From positions 180,001 through 212,000 of the forward strand of contig NC_013771.1 in assembly GCF_000025125.1 (NCBI RefSeq): DNA of 32,000 nucleotides, in the 5' to 3' direction. This DNA comes from Candidatus Atelocyanobacterium thalassa isolate ALOHA (GTDB lineage Bacteria; Cyanobacteriota; Cyanobacteriia; Cyanobacteriales; Microcystaceae). The notes below the pieces were generated by a model that worked only from the letters and a program-made list of their open reading frames with translations, was not told where the DNA came from and did not search any database. The position numbers and the translations under genes are program-made. Of the stretch, positions 1 through 9,441 are shown one piece after another (within the stretch, counting starts at the first letter, position 1; the number at the start of each line of letters is the position of its first letter).

Positions 1-1678
1 TTGATTTACGTAGTAAATCTTGGCTAGATTTTGGCTTTGTTTCTACTTTAAGACTTATGGTAACTTTATGGCCTATGACTTTTTCAAAAGCTAATTCAAT
101 TTCAGAAAGCTTACTTTTTGTTAGTTCAAGTAATGGAGAACTAGACATACCAACAGTTGCAGTTCTTCCCTTGTGACTAACAAGACACCCATGCTCTTTA
201 ATTAATCCCGCTAAAAATGGTGGAAGATTTTGTATTATCAAATTCCATGTTCCTTCTAAGTCAGCATTACTAGTTGAAACACTTGATTTACTGCTACTTT
301 CAACCAGATTTTCTATGTTTCCTTTAGTTTGATCTTCAATTCTTGAATCATCTGTTATCAATTTCTTATTATTGCTATTTTCAACCAGATTTTCTATGTT
401 TCCCTTAGTTTGATCTTCAATTCTTGAATCATCTGTTATCAATTTCTTATTATTGCTATTTTCAACCAGATTTTTTATGTTTCCCTTAGTTTGATCTTCA
501 ATTTTTGGATCATCTATTACCAATTTCTTATTACTAGAAAACTTAGCAGCTATATCTAGATTGTTACTATCTATTGAAAATTCTTTTTCTTCTTGCAATA
601 AATCTAATAAAATAATTTCTATCCAGAGATAAGGCTGAGTTGTGCTTTTTAATTGAATTTCACTATTTCTTAGTTTTTGTTGATTTTTTAGAATTCTATC
701 AGTTTTCCAAAACTCTGCTTCTATACAGAGCTCTTTCCAGATATCTTTGCTTATCATCGTTAGTTCAGGACATTGGGGAGATACTTTAGAAATAAGTAGA
801 TTTAAATGAAAATTTGCAATATTTTGCAATATTGTTAATGGTTCCTTACCTTTGTTTATTAATTGTCCACAAAATTCAATAATAAGCTTTGAGTTATTAG
901 AGCGAATTGCTTGTAACAGTGATAATAGATCTCGCTCAGAAATTAAACCTACTAAATCATTTACTTTTTCGGAATTAATTTTTCCTGTAAATAAACTTAA
1001 TTGATCTAATAAGCTTTCAGCATCTCTTAAACCACCATTAGAAATTTTTGCAACAAGATTTAGCGCATCTATTTCGATATTAATATTCTCTTCTTTCGCT
1101 ATTTTACCTAAATGCTGAACTATCTCTTCAATCGCAATTCGACGATAGTCAAAACGTTGACAACGAGAAATAATCGTAGGTAAGACTCTCTGAGGATCAG
1201 TGGTTGCTAGTATGAATATCACATGTTTTGGAGGTTCTTCTAATATTTTTAGCAAAGCATTAAAAGCTGCTGTGCTAAGCATATGGCATTCATCAACAAT
1301 GTATATTTTGTAGCGTAACTGCATTGGAGCAAATTTTGCTTGCTCAATAATTTCCCGAATATTATCAACTCCTGTATTACTTGCTGCATCAATTTCTATA
1401 ACATCTAATGAAGAACCTTTGTTTATAGTTTGGCATGCTTCGCAATTACCACAAGGGGATATGCTAGGAGCATCTGATGCTAGACAATTAATAGATTTTG
1501 CAAAAATTCTAGCAGTAGATGTTTTACCCGTTCCTCTAGGACCAGTAAATAGGTAAGCATGGGATATACGCTGAGATCTAATAGCATTACTTAAAGTTAA
1601 GACAATTGATTTTTGTCCTACTAAACCATCAAAGGTTTGAGGACGATACTTTTGATACAGAGGTTCATAAAACAGCAT
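1..1678 (-). CDS. dnaX: DNA polymerase III subunit gamma/tau (partial; C-terminus continues beyond window start)
   Basis: Absent from the supplied ORF track because no stop codon falls in the window. My minus-strand translation from ATG at 1678..1676 gives MLFYEPLYQKYRPQTFDGLVGQ... It has Walker A GPRGTGKTS, a Zn module CGNCEAC, Walker B IVDECHML and sensor SRCQRFDY. I checked the frame at 601-660, 541-600 and 1-60; it stays open to position 1. Confidence 0.9.
   Translation of the reverse strand, partial: MLFYEPLYQKYRPQTFDGLVGQKSIVLTLSNAIRSQRISHAYLFTGPRGTGKTSTARIFAKSINCLASDAPSISPCGNCEACQTINKGSSLDVIEIDAASNTGVDNIREIIEQAKFAPMQLRYKIYIVDECHMLSTAAFNALLKILEEPPKHVIFILATTDPQRVLPTIISRCQRFDYRRIAIEEIVQHLGKIAKEENINIEIDALNLVAKISNGGLRDAESLLDQLSLFTGKINSEKVNDLVGLISERDLLSLLQAIRSNNSKLIIEFCGQLINKGKEPLTILQNIANFHLNLLISKVSPQCPELTMISKDIWKELCIEAEFWKTDRILKNQQKLRNSEIQLKSTTQPYLWIEIILLDLLQEEKEFSIDSNNLDIAAKFSSNKKLVIDDPKIEDQTKGNIKNLVENSNNKKLITDDSRIEDQTKGNIENLVENSNNKKLITDDSRIEDQTKGNIENLVESSSKSSVSTSNADLEGTWNLIIQNLPPFLAGLIKEHGCLVSHKGRTATVGMSSSPLLELTKSKLSEIELAFEKVIGHKVTISLKVETKPKSSQDLLRKS
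301..543. repeat. Three head-to-tail copies of an 81-bp unit (27 codons, in frame) inside dnaX
   Basis: Units start at 301, 382 and 463, each beginning caaccagatt. Units 1 and 2 differ at one base (cct vs ccc). Unit 3 has about 5 substitutions over the first ~68 nt and then diverges. The encoded unit is about NLVENSNNKKLITDDSRIEDQTKGNIE. Confidence 0.9.
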
Positions 1679-1868
1679 AATTTTAGTAATTTGATTCAAA
1701 CATATTTAATCATGTTCTGATAAAAATTTAATAATTTTAAATAGATAAACATCATTAAAAGTTAAATGGAAATTTCAAACTTAGTTTTTTTATTTTTTAA
1801 ACTTCATCCTGTTAAAGTATTAGATACTAAATTTCTCCAATTTATATATAAAGGTAACAACAAATCTC

Positions 1869-2510
1869 ATGAGTAAAAGAACTATTAATGCTAGAGACTT
1901 ATTCCGTTCTGCATATGAAAATCGCTATACTTGGGACGCTAATTTCCCAGGATATACTGCGAGTATAACTTTTCGAGAAAATGATCAAGTCTTTTCTGGT
2001 CAAATTAAGATTAATAAGGATCTTTCCTCAGAAGTATTCAATATTAAAGATAAAGAGGTTTTAGCTCAGATTAAATCTCAATTGTGGGAAATTACTATTC
2101 ATAGGGTACGTCGTTCGTTTGAAGATACTCATGGTCAAAATAGTTTCCGCTATGGAAGTATAGATGAAAAGGGCTTGGTAGAAATTCTTATGGGTGGTAA
2201 ATCAGAAGGAGACTGTTATAAGCTTTATGATAACAAAATTTGCCATGTTCATCGTCACATTCAGGGTATTGCCATAACAATCAATACTTTTAACAGTCAT
2301 GATACAGGAGAAGGTTATTTATCACATTGTTATGATTCTATTTATCATGATCCTAAAACAGGAAAAATAAGAACAGAGAAAAGAGATTTTGAAGATAATT
2401 ATCATAAGGTGAAAAATTATCATATTCTAAGTAACCGTATTATTAAGGGTAGGGAAGATGAAAAATCTTTAATTAAAGATTTTTCATTTTCTAGTATTGA
2501 ACTTTTGTAA
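1869..2510 (+). CDS. Conserved cyanobacterial protein, DUF3386-like
   Basis: 213-aa ORF. The N-terminus ARDLFRSAYENRYTWDANFPGY matches my recollection of the DUF3386 family consensus. Coding-like composition compared with the flanking AT-only spacers. Confidence 0.7.
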   Translation: MSKRTINARDLFRSAYENRYTWDANFPGYTASITFRENDQVFSGQIKINKDLSSEVFNIKDKEVLAQIKSQLWEITIHRVRRSFEDTHGQNSFRYGSIDEKGLVEILMGGKSEGDCYKLYDNKICHVHRHIQGIAITINTFNSHDTGEGYLSHCYDSIYHDPKTGKIRTEKRDFEDNYHKVKNYHILSNRIIKGREDEKSLIKDFSFSSIELL

Positions 2511-2757
2511 TTAGCCATCTCTTATATCTTCAATATTTATTACTAAGCATAAATACAAAACCATAAACTATTATGTCTCCATATACGAAAAATGAAAACA
2601 ATTTCTTATTATATTTATAGATAAATATAGTAATTCAAAAAGTATTTGATATTTACAAAAAATTGAATAGAAATAGTTACTATATTTCTATTGTTTATTA
2701 GTCATTCTTCTTGTAAACTGCAACAGTTAAAATAGTAGTAACTAGTAGTAAAGTAAT

Positions 2758-3489
2758 ATGATCGAAGTTCCTATCAATGTAGAGCAGGCTATATGTCAAG
2801 CAAAAGAAGCCGTAAAGCTTGCCCTCTCAGAAGGGGTTGAGCGCATTTGTATTGAAATAGTTGTTCCAGAAATTGTTCTTCAAGCACAAAATTTAACTTT
2901 AGATTTTATATCTATATTTGAAGAAGAATCAGGATTGAAAATATTTTTCCCCGACACAGGCTCTGCTGCTTTAGCTCGTCGCGACTGGGGAGAAACTAAT
3001 TTTAGCGTAACTGATTTAGGAGATAGAGGAGTCGCTATAGAAGATAAATTATTAGAAACAGATCAAATTTTATTATTAGTAGCTCCTTCTTTTACTGAAA
3101 TAAAATCTATAGAAAAACTATGTAGTCTAGCCTATGATCGACCTATCATTTTTTTAATTCCTCAATTTGAAGATATTTCTATTGTTGGTATAGGATCTGT
3201 TGCACGAGAAATACAAAAAAGATTTCTTAATACATTAGAATCTGTTTATTATTTTCATCCATTAGACAACCTTTTAGTAGTACACTCATACTCTTCTCCT
3301 TGGTACATATATTCTAAAGAGAAAGAAAGCCATAAACTCATAAGTGAAAAAAATGAAAAACCTAATCAAGAAGAGCTAGATCTATTAATTACCAATGAAA
3401 TTGTAGTAAATAATAGTAATTTTAGTCAGACTTCAAAAACAGGTTTTATAAATGAGATACAACGTTTTATAGATTTTCTAAGTAAATAA
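2758..3489 (+). CDS. Conserved cyanobacteria/plastid-lineage protein, DUF1995-like
   Basis: 243-aa ORF with ATG at 2758. The layout (N-terminal helix, then CIEIVVPE..., FFPDTGSAALARRDWG) resembles the DUF1995 family as I recall it. Confidence 0.65.
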   Translation: MIEVPINVEQAICQAKEAVKLALSEGVERICIEIVVPEIVLQAQNLTLDFISIFEEESGLKIFFPDTGSAALARRDWGETNFSVTDLGDRGVAIEDKLLETDQILLLVAPSFTEIKSIEKLCSLAYDRPIIFLIPQFEDISIVGIGSVAREIQKRFLNTLESVYYFHPLDNLLVVHSYSSPWYIYSKEKESHKLISEKNEKPNQEELDLLITNEIVVNNSNFSQTSKTGFINEIQRFIDFLSK

Positions 3490-3594
3490 CTTAACAGTGA
3501 GATAGTGAGTTAAGTAGCCGAATTTATTATTAACTAAAGTTGAATGATGAATTCCTACAAAACTCATGTCAAAAGATATTACCTTTTATCATAA

Positions 3595-3621
3595 GTTATT
3601 TTTTATCGTAAGAAAAATAAC
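3595..3621 (-). terminator. Weak AT-rich hairpin just downstream of the ribH stop
   Basis: gttattttt (3595-3603) pairs with aaaaataac (3613-3621): 9-bp stem, 9-nt loop, 10 nt past the ribH stop. No clean U-tract follows on the minus strand. Confidence 0.3.
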
Positions 3622-3630
3622 ATACTAATA

Positions 3631-4119
3631 TCAATTTGAAGATTTTATTTTCCTCATTAAGCTTACCATCTCTAAAGAGTTTAAAGCATAATTCCATCCT
3701 TGATTACTCTTGATCCCCGCTCTTTCCAGAGCTTGCTGCATAGTATCAGTGGTTAGGATACCAAAAACTATAGGAGTACCAGTTTGAAAGCCTATCGCAG
3801 CTATTCCTTTTGCTGCTTCTGCCGATACATAATCAAAATGTGGTGTTTGACCACGGATAATAGCTCCTAGACAAATAATGGCATTATATCTACCTGATAA
3901 AGCTAATTGATGTGCAACCAATGGAACTTCAAAGCTCCCAGGAACCCAGGCATAATCAACTTGACTGCCTTGAGGATCTGTGTTTATCCCATGACGCTTT
4001 AAACAGTCTTGACATCCAGATAAAAGTTTATTAGTTACTAAGTCGTTAAAACGACCTATAACAATAGCAAAGCGAGTATCAGACAAGTCTTCTGTAAAAG
4101 TACCTTCAAAAGTAGCCAT
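3631..4119 (-). CDS. ribH: 6,7-dimethyl-8-ribityllumazine synthase
   Basis: 162 aa with [22 protein letters not shown] and [10 protein letters not shown], characteristic lumazine synthase motifs. Confidence 0.95.
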   Translation of the reverse strand: MATFEGTFTEDLSDTRFAIVIGRFNDLVTNKLLSGCQDCLKRHGINTDPQGSQVDYAWVPGSFEVPLVAHQLALSGRYNAIICLGAIIRGQTPHFDYVSAEAAKGIAAIGFQTGTPIVFGILTTDTMQQALERAGIKSNQGWNYALNSLEMVSLMRKIKSSN

Positions 4120-4410
4120 AATATTACAAATTTTGTTTCTAAAGAAATAACTTTCACTATTAGCATAACTAAAGATAGAAAATTGTGTTAAAAATAAGCA
4201 CGCTATATAAAATTTAAATATTTATCAATGTTTTTATATATTTCGTATGTATTTAAGTATTTACTTTAAACAAAAAGATATAAGACTTAAATATCATTGA
4301 ATTCTTGAAAGAGTACATAGTTTTATCTTTATATTTTAACTCTTTTTTATAAGATTTTAAGAAATATTTACTAACAAGGCTATAGTATTTGTGGAGTATT
4401 ATTTAAAAGT

Positions 4411-4435
4411 AAAAGCCTGCTTGCTGCAGGCTTTT
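4411..4435 (-). terminator. Rho-independent terminator of the pyrH-frr unit (looks bidirectional)
   Basis: aaaagcctgc (4411-4420) pairs with gcaggctttt (4426-4435) around a 5-nt loop. It has a GC-rich core, A-run/T-run flanks on both strands, and lies 24 nt downstream of the frr stop. Confidence 0.6.
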
Positions 4436-4458
4436 CGCTATTCTACTTAGTAGATTCT

Positions 4459-5004
4459 CTAAACTGTCATAATATCCTTATTTTTAATAGTTAGTAACTC
4501 ATCAATTTTTTTTGTAAATTCATCAGTTACTTTCTGAATATTATCCTGTAAGTTACGAGATTCATCTTCAGAAGCATCCCCATCTTTTTCTTGTTTACGT
4601 ACAGTTTCAATAGCATCTCTGCGAATATTTCTAATAGCAACTTTTCCTTCTTCTGCCATTTTATTAGCTATTTTTACTAGCTCTTTTCTTCTTTCTTTCG
4701 TTAAAGGAGGAATATTAAGACGTATAACTTGACCATCATTATTAGGAGTTAATCCTACATCCGACATATTGATAGCTTTTTCAATTTGTCCTATGCTTCC
4801 TCTGTCAAAAGGTTGAATTAAAAGAGTGGTTGCATCAGGGGTGTTAATATTTGCAAGAGATTTTAATTGAACTTCTGATCCATAATAATCAACCGTTACT
4901 CTATCAAGAATCGCTGAATTAGCACGTCCTGTTCGTAAGGTATTAAAAGACTTTTGAGTAGACTCAACAGTCTTTTTCATACTATCTTTAAGGTCATTTA
5001 ACAT
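4459..5004 (-). CDS. frr: Ribosome recycling factor
   Basis: [20 protein letters not shown] and later motifs are typical RRF. The track ORF extends to 5088, but the first 28 residues lie inside pyrH and have no RRF character. The ATG at 5004 ([16 protein letters not shown]...) gives the normal ~182-aa length. Confidence 0.9.
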   Translation of the reverse strand: MLNDLKDSMKKTVESTQKSFNTLRTGRANSAILDRVTVDYYGSEVQLKSLANINTPDATTLLIQPFDRGSIGQIEKAINMSDVGLTPNNDGQVIRLNIPPLTKERRKELVKIANKMAEEGKVAIRNIRRDAIETVRKQEKDGDASEDESRNLQDNIQKVTDEFTKKIDELLTIKNKDIMTV

Positions 5005-5716
5005 CACAGGAGCCTCCCACAATAGTTCCAACAGTTTCGCCTCTAATTGCTCTGATAATATTTCCTTGAATGGAAAGGTTAAAAACAATTATTGGTATAT
5101 TATTTTCCTTGCATAGTGATATAGCTGTACTATCCATAACTCGTAAATCATGTGTTAAAACATGACTGTAATTTAGACTTATATAGCGACGAGCATTAGG
5201 GTTAAGCTGAGGATCAGAGTCGTATACTCCATCAACTTTAGTAGCTTTAAAAACTACTTCTGCATCAATTTCTGCTGCTCTTAAAGCGGCAGTCGTATCA
5301 GTAGTAAAAAAAGGGTTGCCTGAACCTGCCCCAAAAACAATAACTCGTCCTTTTTCTAAATGTCGAATTGCACGACGACGAATGTATGGCTCAGCTACTT
5401 CTTGCATAGCAATTGCTGTTAATACTCTCGTTGGAACACTAATTTGTTCAAGAGCATCCTGTAATGTCATTGCATTCATAACTGTAGCGATCATCCCTAC
5501 ATAATCTGCAGTTGCCCGGTCCATCCCTGCTGAAGCAGCTTTAACTCCACGGAAAATGTTACCTCCGCCCACAACAATCGCTAATTGGATGTTGTGACTA
5601 ATAACTTCTTTAATTTCTTGAGCAATGTTGGCTACGACTTTGGGGTCAATGCCATAGCCCAGATTTCCCATTAGAGCTTCACCGCTAATCTTAAGCAATA
5701 CGCGCTGGTAAGTCAT
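4994..5716 (-). CDS. pyrH: Uridylate (UMP) kinase
   Basis: 240 aa with [19 protein letters not shown] and [14 protein letters not shown]. Confidence 0.95.
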   Translation of the reverse strand: MTYQRVLLKISGEALMGNLGYGIDPKVVANIAQEIKEVISHNIQLAIVVGGGNIFRGVKAASAGMDRATADYVGMIATVMNAMTLQDALEQISVPTRVLTAIAMQEVAEPYIRRRAIRHLEKGRVIVFGAGSGNPFFTTDTTAALRAAEIDAEVVFKATKVDGVYDSDPQLNPNARRYISLNYSHVLTHDLRVMDSTAISLCKENNIPIIVFNLSIQGNIIRAIRGETVGTIVGGSCDVK

Positions 5717-6300
5717 CCCTTTGCTACAACTTGTTTTATTGAGCCTATAATATCTGGATAATAAGCATCATGTATCTTGTCCCTTTTGTCAAATAAATTA
5801 GTATTTTTTTCTAAATTTTAAGCACATACAAGTTGTATCTGACTACTAAGTCTTAATAATAAAGATAACTTTAGTTTAATTATAAATATTTATGATAATA
5901 CAAACTTAATATTAATTATTATCTATTATTTAATTTTTTACAAGAATCAAATAATAGATAATAATAACTTTTCTTAGAGACTATCTATAATAATATTTGA
6001 CATATTGATGACGGATTATAAAAAAATTATTTAAATAATATAGTTAGTTTTACATGTATTTTTTATGGAATTTCGAGAATAATAATGCTATGTAAGTTTA
6101 ATATATAAAATCTAATTTTCATTCACAATTTATAAATTGAAAAATTAAAATAGTTCTAATTTAAAGCTTGATTCTTTGATGTGAGAAATAGATTTTAAAT
6201 ACAAAAGTCTTATATAAAACAAGCTATATATTATGACTTTAGCCACAAATAATGCATGAAAAATTCTAGTGCATCATAATAAGCTATATGAAATTTTAAT

Positions 6301-6519
6301 TTACTTTAAGATCCACCAGCCAAAAGTAGGTCCAATAAAATGAACTGCGAACCATATAAATATAGTAATTCCTATACCTGTCCAAGCCGCATTTGTTGTC
6401 CATTTAAATAATAAATCAGCTTTATTCTTAGGAAAGACAATTTGAGAGAAGAACGTACTTTTATTTTTTTTAAGCTTATTCATTTTATCTGTACGACGTT
6501 TTGATTCACCCATATTCAA
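6301..6519 (-). CDS. Small membrane protein, possibly DUF2839-like
   Basis: 72-aa ORF. It has a basic N-terminus (MGESKRR), then KWTTNAAWTGIGITIFIWFAVHFIGPTFGWW, a single hydrophobic helix. This resembles small cyanobacterial proteins I recall as DUF2839. The real start may be the third codon (6513). Confidence 0.45.
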   Translation of the reverse strand: MNMGESKRRTDKMNKLKKNKSTFFSQIVFPKNKADLLFKWTTNAAWTGIGITIFIWFAVHFIGPTFGWWILK

Positions 6520-7089
6520 CTTAAAATAATTAAATAGTAATACTAAACAAAATGTATGCCTTATTAAATACTTACATAATTTTATATAAAATATTTAAGA
6601 TATATAACAATGCAAACTTAGGAATATGATAATAAATATTAACAGATATCATGTTGTTTATTCATGATTTTTTAATATTTATAAATATTATTTTTTGTAT
6701 AAAAATTAATTTAATATGTGCTTTTATTCTTTATATATTTACTATGTTTAAAGTAATCTATTATAGTCATTGACTAAGACTATAATTTTAAATAGTAAGA
6801 TTATTTTTATATAATGGTTGATTTATAAATCATAGAATGTTAGAAAATCTATATTGATATCTATTTCTATAGCCTGTGTTGTTACTTTTTAAGTATAAAA
6901 AAATAAATACAAGCTATGGGCAAAATTATTAGTTATTAACAGTAAATGTTTTGATGAATAATAGTTAATAGTTATATTTTTTAAATTAATTTTATATTTT
7001 TCTTTTTATCTTTTAATTTAAAACTTATTTGTACAGAAACTTGGTATCATAAAACTCGAGTAATTATAATTAATTCTTAGATTAAAAAT

Positions 7090-7851
7090 ATGGGAGAGAC
7101 TATTACCCTATTATCAAAACGAGAAATTGATAAAATGCGTCAAGCAGGTCGTCTAGCTGCTAAGCTTCTAAATCATTTAGAACCTATGATCAAACCTGGG
7201 ATAAGTACATTAGAAATTAATAATGAAGCAGAACAATGGACTCAATCTCATGGAGCAATAAGTGCCCCTCTTGGGTATCATGGCTTTCCAAAGTCAATTT
7301 GTACTAGTGTCAATAATGTTATTTGTCATGGTATTCCTAATGCACAACAAATTTTAAAAGAAGGAGATATAATAAATGTTGATGTCACACCAATTTTAGA
7401 TGGTTATCATGGTGATACATCGAAAACATTTTTTGTAGGAAAACCTTCTCAAATTGCAAAAAAATTAGTCGAAACCGCAGAGATATCTTTAATGAATGCT
7501 ATTCAGGTTGTAAAACCCGGCTCAAAAATTGGAGATATTGGGGCTGCAATTCAAGAGTGTGCTGAACCTTATGGTTTTTCAGTAGTAAGAGATTTTGTTG
7601 GTCATGGTATTAGTAATATTTTTCATACAGCTCCTCAGATTCCTCACTATGGGATAAAAGGTAAAGGGAAAAAATTACGTTCTGGAATGGTATTTACTAT
7701 TGAACCAATGATAAATGAAGGAACATGGGAAGCAATTATATTAAAGGATGGCTGGACAGCAATTACTAAAGATGGAAAGTTATCAGCCCAATTTGAGCAT
7801 ACTATTGCTGTGACAGATACGGGAGTCGAAATTCTAACTATTTTAGATTAA
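7090..7851 (+). CDS. map: Type I methionine aminopeptidase
   Basis: 253 aa. Metal ligand contexts are present: CHGIP, DVT..DGYHGD, GHGI, TIEPM, QFEHT. Confidence 0.95.
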   Translation: MGETITLLSKREIDKMRQAGRLAAKLLNHLEPMIKPGISTLEINNEAEQWTQSHGAISAPLGYHGFPKSICTSVNNVICHGIPNAQQILKEGDIINVDVTPILDGYHGDTSKTFFVGKPSQIAKKLVETAEISLMNAIQVVKPGSKIGDIGAAIQECAEPYGFSVVRDFVGHGISNIFHTAPQIPHYGIKGKGKKLRSGMVFTIEPMINEGTWEAIILKDGWTAITKDGKLSAQFEHTIAVTDTGVEILTILD

Positions 7852-8062
7852 ATTGCTCAAGATGATATTTATATTTCAGCTCATTGAAAATAAAAACTAA
7901 ATTATTAACTATTTCAATCTAATTTTAAAATTAACTCTTACATTCAAATATAAATTGTATTTTTCATAAGAACAAAAATTAATAAATCATATTAGAATTT
8001 TTATTAAATGTAGTAAAGATTAATTTCTTAGTTTCAAAATAAATTATATATCTAGTTTTTAT

Positions 8063-9304
8063 ATGGTGAAAGTTCTTCATTTTTCTGATATTCATCTTGG
8101 CAGTGGTTTATCTCATGGGAAGGTAAATCCTAAAACAGGTTTTAATACTCGATTAGAAGATTTTATAAAATGCTTAAGTTTATCTATTGATAATGCAATT
8201 AGAGAACAAGTTGATATTGTTCTTTTTGGAGGTGATGCTTTTCCAAATTCAACGCCACCTCCTTATATTCAAGAAGCCTTTGCTACTCAATTTCGACGTC
8301 TAGCTAATGCCAATATTCCTACTGTTCTCTTAGTAGGAAATCACGATCAGCATTCTCAAGTAAATGGAGGAGCAAGTTTATCTATTTACAGAACTCTAGA
8401 AGTGCCTGGTTTTATAGTGGCAGATAGCTTAAAGACTCATAAGGTATTAACAAAAAATAATTATGTACAAGTTGTAGCTTTACCTTGGCTAACTAGATCT
8501 TCTCTCTTAACAAAAACAAAAACTGAAGGTTTGTCTTTAGAGCAAATTGACAATCTTTTACTTGAAGCATTAGGACCAGCTTTAGAGTCAGAGATTAGAA
8601 AGTTGAATCCTAGCTATCCAACAATTCTACTAGCACATTTGATGGTTGATCGCGCAAGATTTGGAACTGAAAAATTTTTAGCAGTGGGAAGAGGATTCAC
8701 TATTCCTATTTCTTTATTAATGCGTTCTGAATTTGATTATGTGGCATTAGGTCATGTGCATAAACATCAAAATCTTAATCCTCAAAACAATCCTCCTATT
8801 GTCTATCCGGGCAGTATTGAGAGAGTAGATTTTAGTGAAGAAAAGGAAGAAAAAGGATATGTACTACTAACAATTGACAAAAAACAAACAAGTTGGAATT
8901 TTTGTTCACTACCTGCACGCTCATTTATTACGATAAAAGTGGATGTTTCTCAGAGTATAGACCCACAAAAAACTTTAATTGATAACATAAAAAAGAAACC
9001 AATTGCAGAAGCTATTGTCAGACTAAATTATCAAATTCGTTCTGAACAGTTAGAATTGGTTAATGTTTCTTCTATTCATAAAATATTAGCTTCGTCCCAT
9101 AGCTATACAATCTGTCCTGAAATAATTAATGAAATATCGAGAGTACGTTTACCAGAATTAGGATTTGGAAAAAGTTTAGATCCAATTGAAGCTTTGAAAA
9201 CTTATCTTGACAATAGAAATGATATTAAAGATATAACTAACGATATGTTAGAAACGGCTTATTCATTATTAAATGAGAAAGACGAGATAATAGAATTAGA
9301 ATAG
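8063..9304 (+). CDS. sbcD: Exonuclease SbcD / Mre11-family nuclease
   Basis: 413 aa. Calcineurin-like phosphoesterase motifs appear in order: HFSDIHLG, GGDAF, GNHD, GHVH. Confidence 0.85.
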   Translation: MVKVLHFSDIHLGSGLSHGKVNPKTGFNTRLEDFIKCLSLSIDNAIREQVDIVLFGGDAFPNSTPPPYIQEAFATQFRRLANANIPTVLLVGNHDQHSQVNGGASLSIYRTLEVPGFIVADSLKTHKVLTKNNYVQVVALPWLTRSSLLTKTKTEGLSLEQIDNLLLEALGPALESEIRKLNPSYPTILLAHLMVDRARFGTEKFLAVGRGFTIPISLLMRSEFDYVALGHVHKHQNLNPQNNPPIVYPGSIERVDFSEEKEEKGYVLLTIDKKQTSWNFCSLPARSFITIKVDVSQSIDPQKTLIDNIKKKPIAEAIVRLNYQIRSEQLELVNVSSIHKILASSHSYTICPEIINEISRVRLPELGFGKSLDPIEALKTYLDNRNDIKDITNDMLETAYSLLNEKDEIIELE

Positions 9305-9441
9305 TTTAAATATTAATTTATCTGAAAAGTTAGTAATATTAATTGTAATTTGATATTTACTGTATTAAAAATATGACATTCTATATCAAATGAGTGCTTG
9401 CAAATTATCTTTATAAGAATTACTACAACTATCCCAAAGAA

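Noticed and set aside
301-543. CRISPR array or mobile-element repeat
   Set aside because: The 81-bp units are directly abutting with no spacers. They are in frame within an open dnaX reading frame and have no associated cas or transposase genes.
1-1678. Programmed -1 frameshift site (A AAA AAG) or intein in dnaX; intein in gyrB (14411-16339)
   Set aside because: I saw no A AAA AAG heptamer in the dnaX frame. Both proteins have uninterrupted, normal-length motif spacing, so no intein is present in the visible parts.
5005-5088. 5' extension of frr given in the ORF track ([14 protein letters not shown]...)
   Set aside because: The extension lies within the pyrH coding sequence and has no RRF similarity. 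The internal ATG at 5004 gives the canonical RRF length.
5316-5504. 62-aa plus-strand ORF
   Set aside because: It lies entirely antisense inside the well-supported pyrH gene. The same reasoning rejects the antisense track ORFs at 10091-10327, 11632-11814, 12689-12907, 13811-14005, 15520-15723, 22004-22288, 25738-25923 and 28949-29134. All sit inside strong genes on the other strand and have low-complexity or Ser/Pro/Ala-rich shadow-frame composition.
5717-7089. Possible replication origin in the long AT-rich divergent region
   Set aside because: I found no cluster of DnaA boxes (TTATCCACA, TTTTCCACA or complements) there, and no dnaA or dnaN nearby. The only perfect box I saw (tgtggataa, 28104-28112) is a single copy inside the ABC ATPase coding sequence, so it is probably chance.
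8063-9304. sbcD without an adjacent sbcC as evidence of a broken nuclease system
   Set aside because: Separation of sbcC and sbcD is common in cyanobacteria as far as I recall. The gene is intact with all phosphoesterase motifs, and absence from a 32-kb window says nothing about the rest of the genome.
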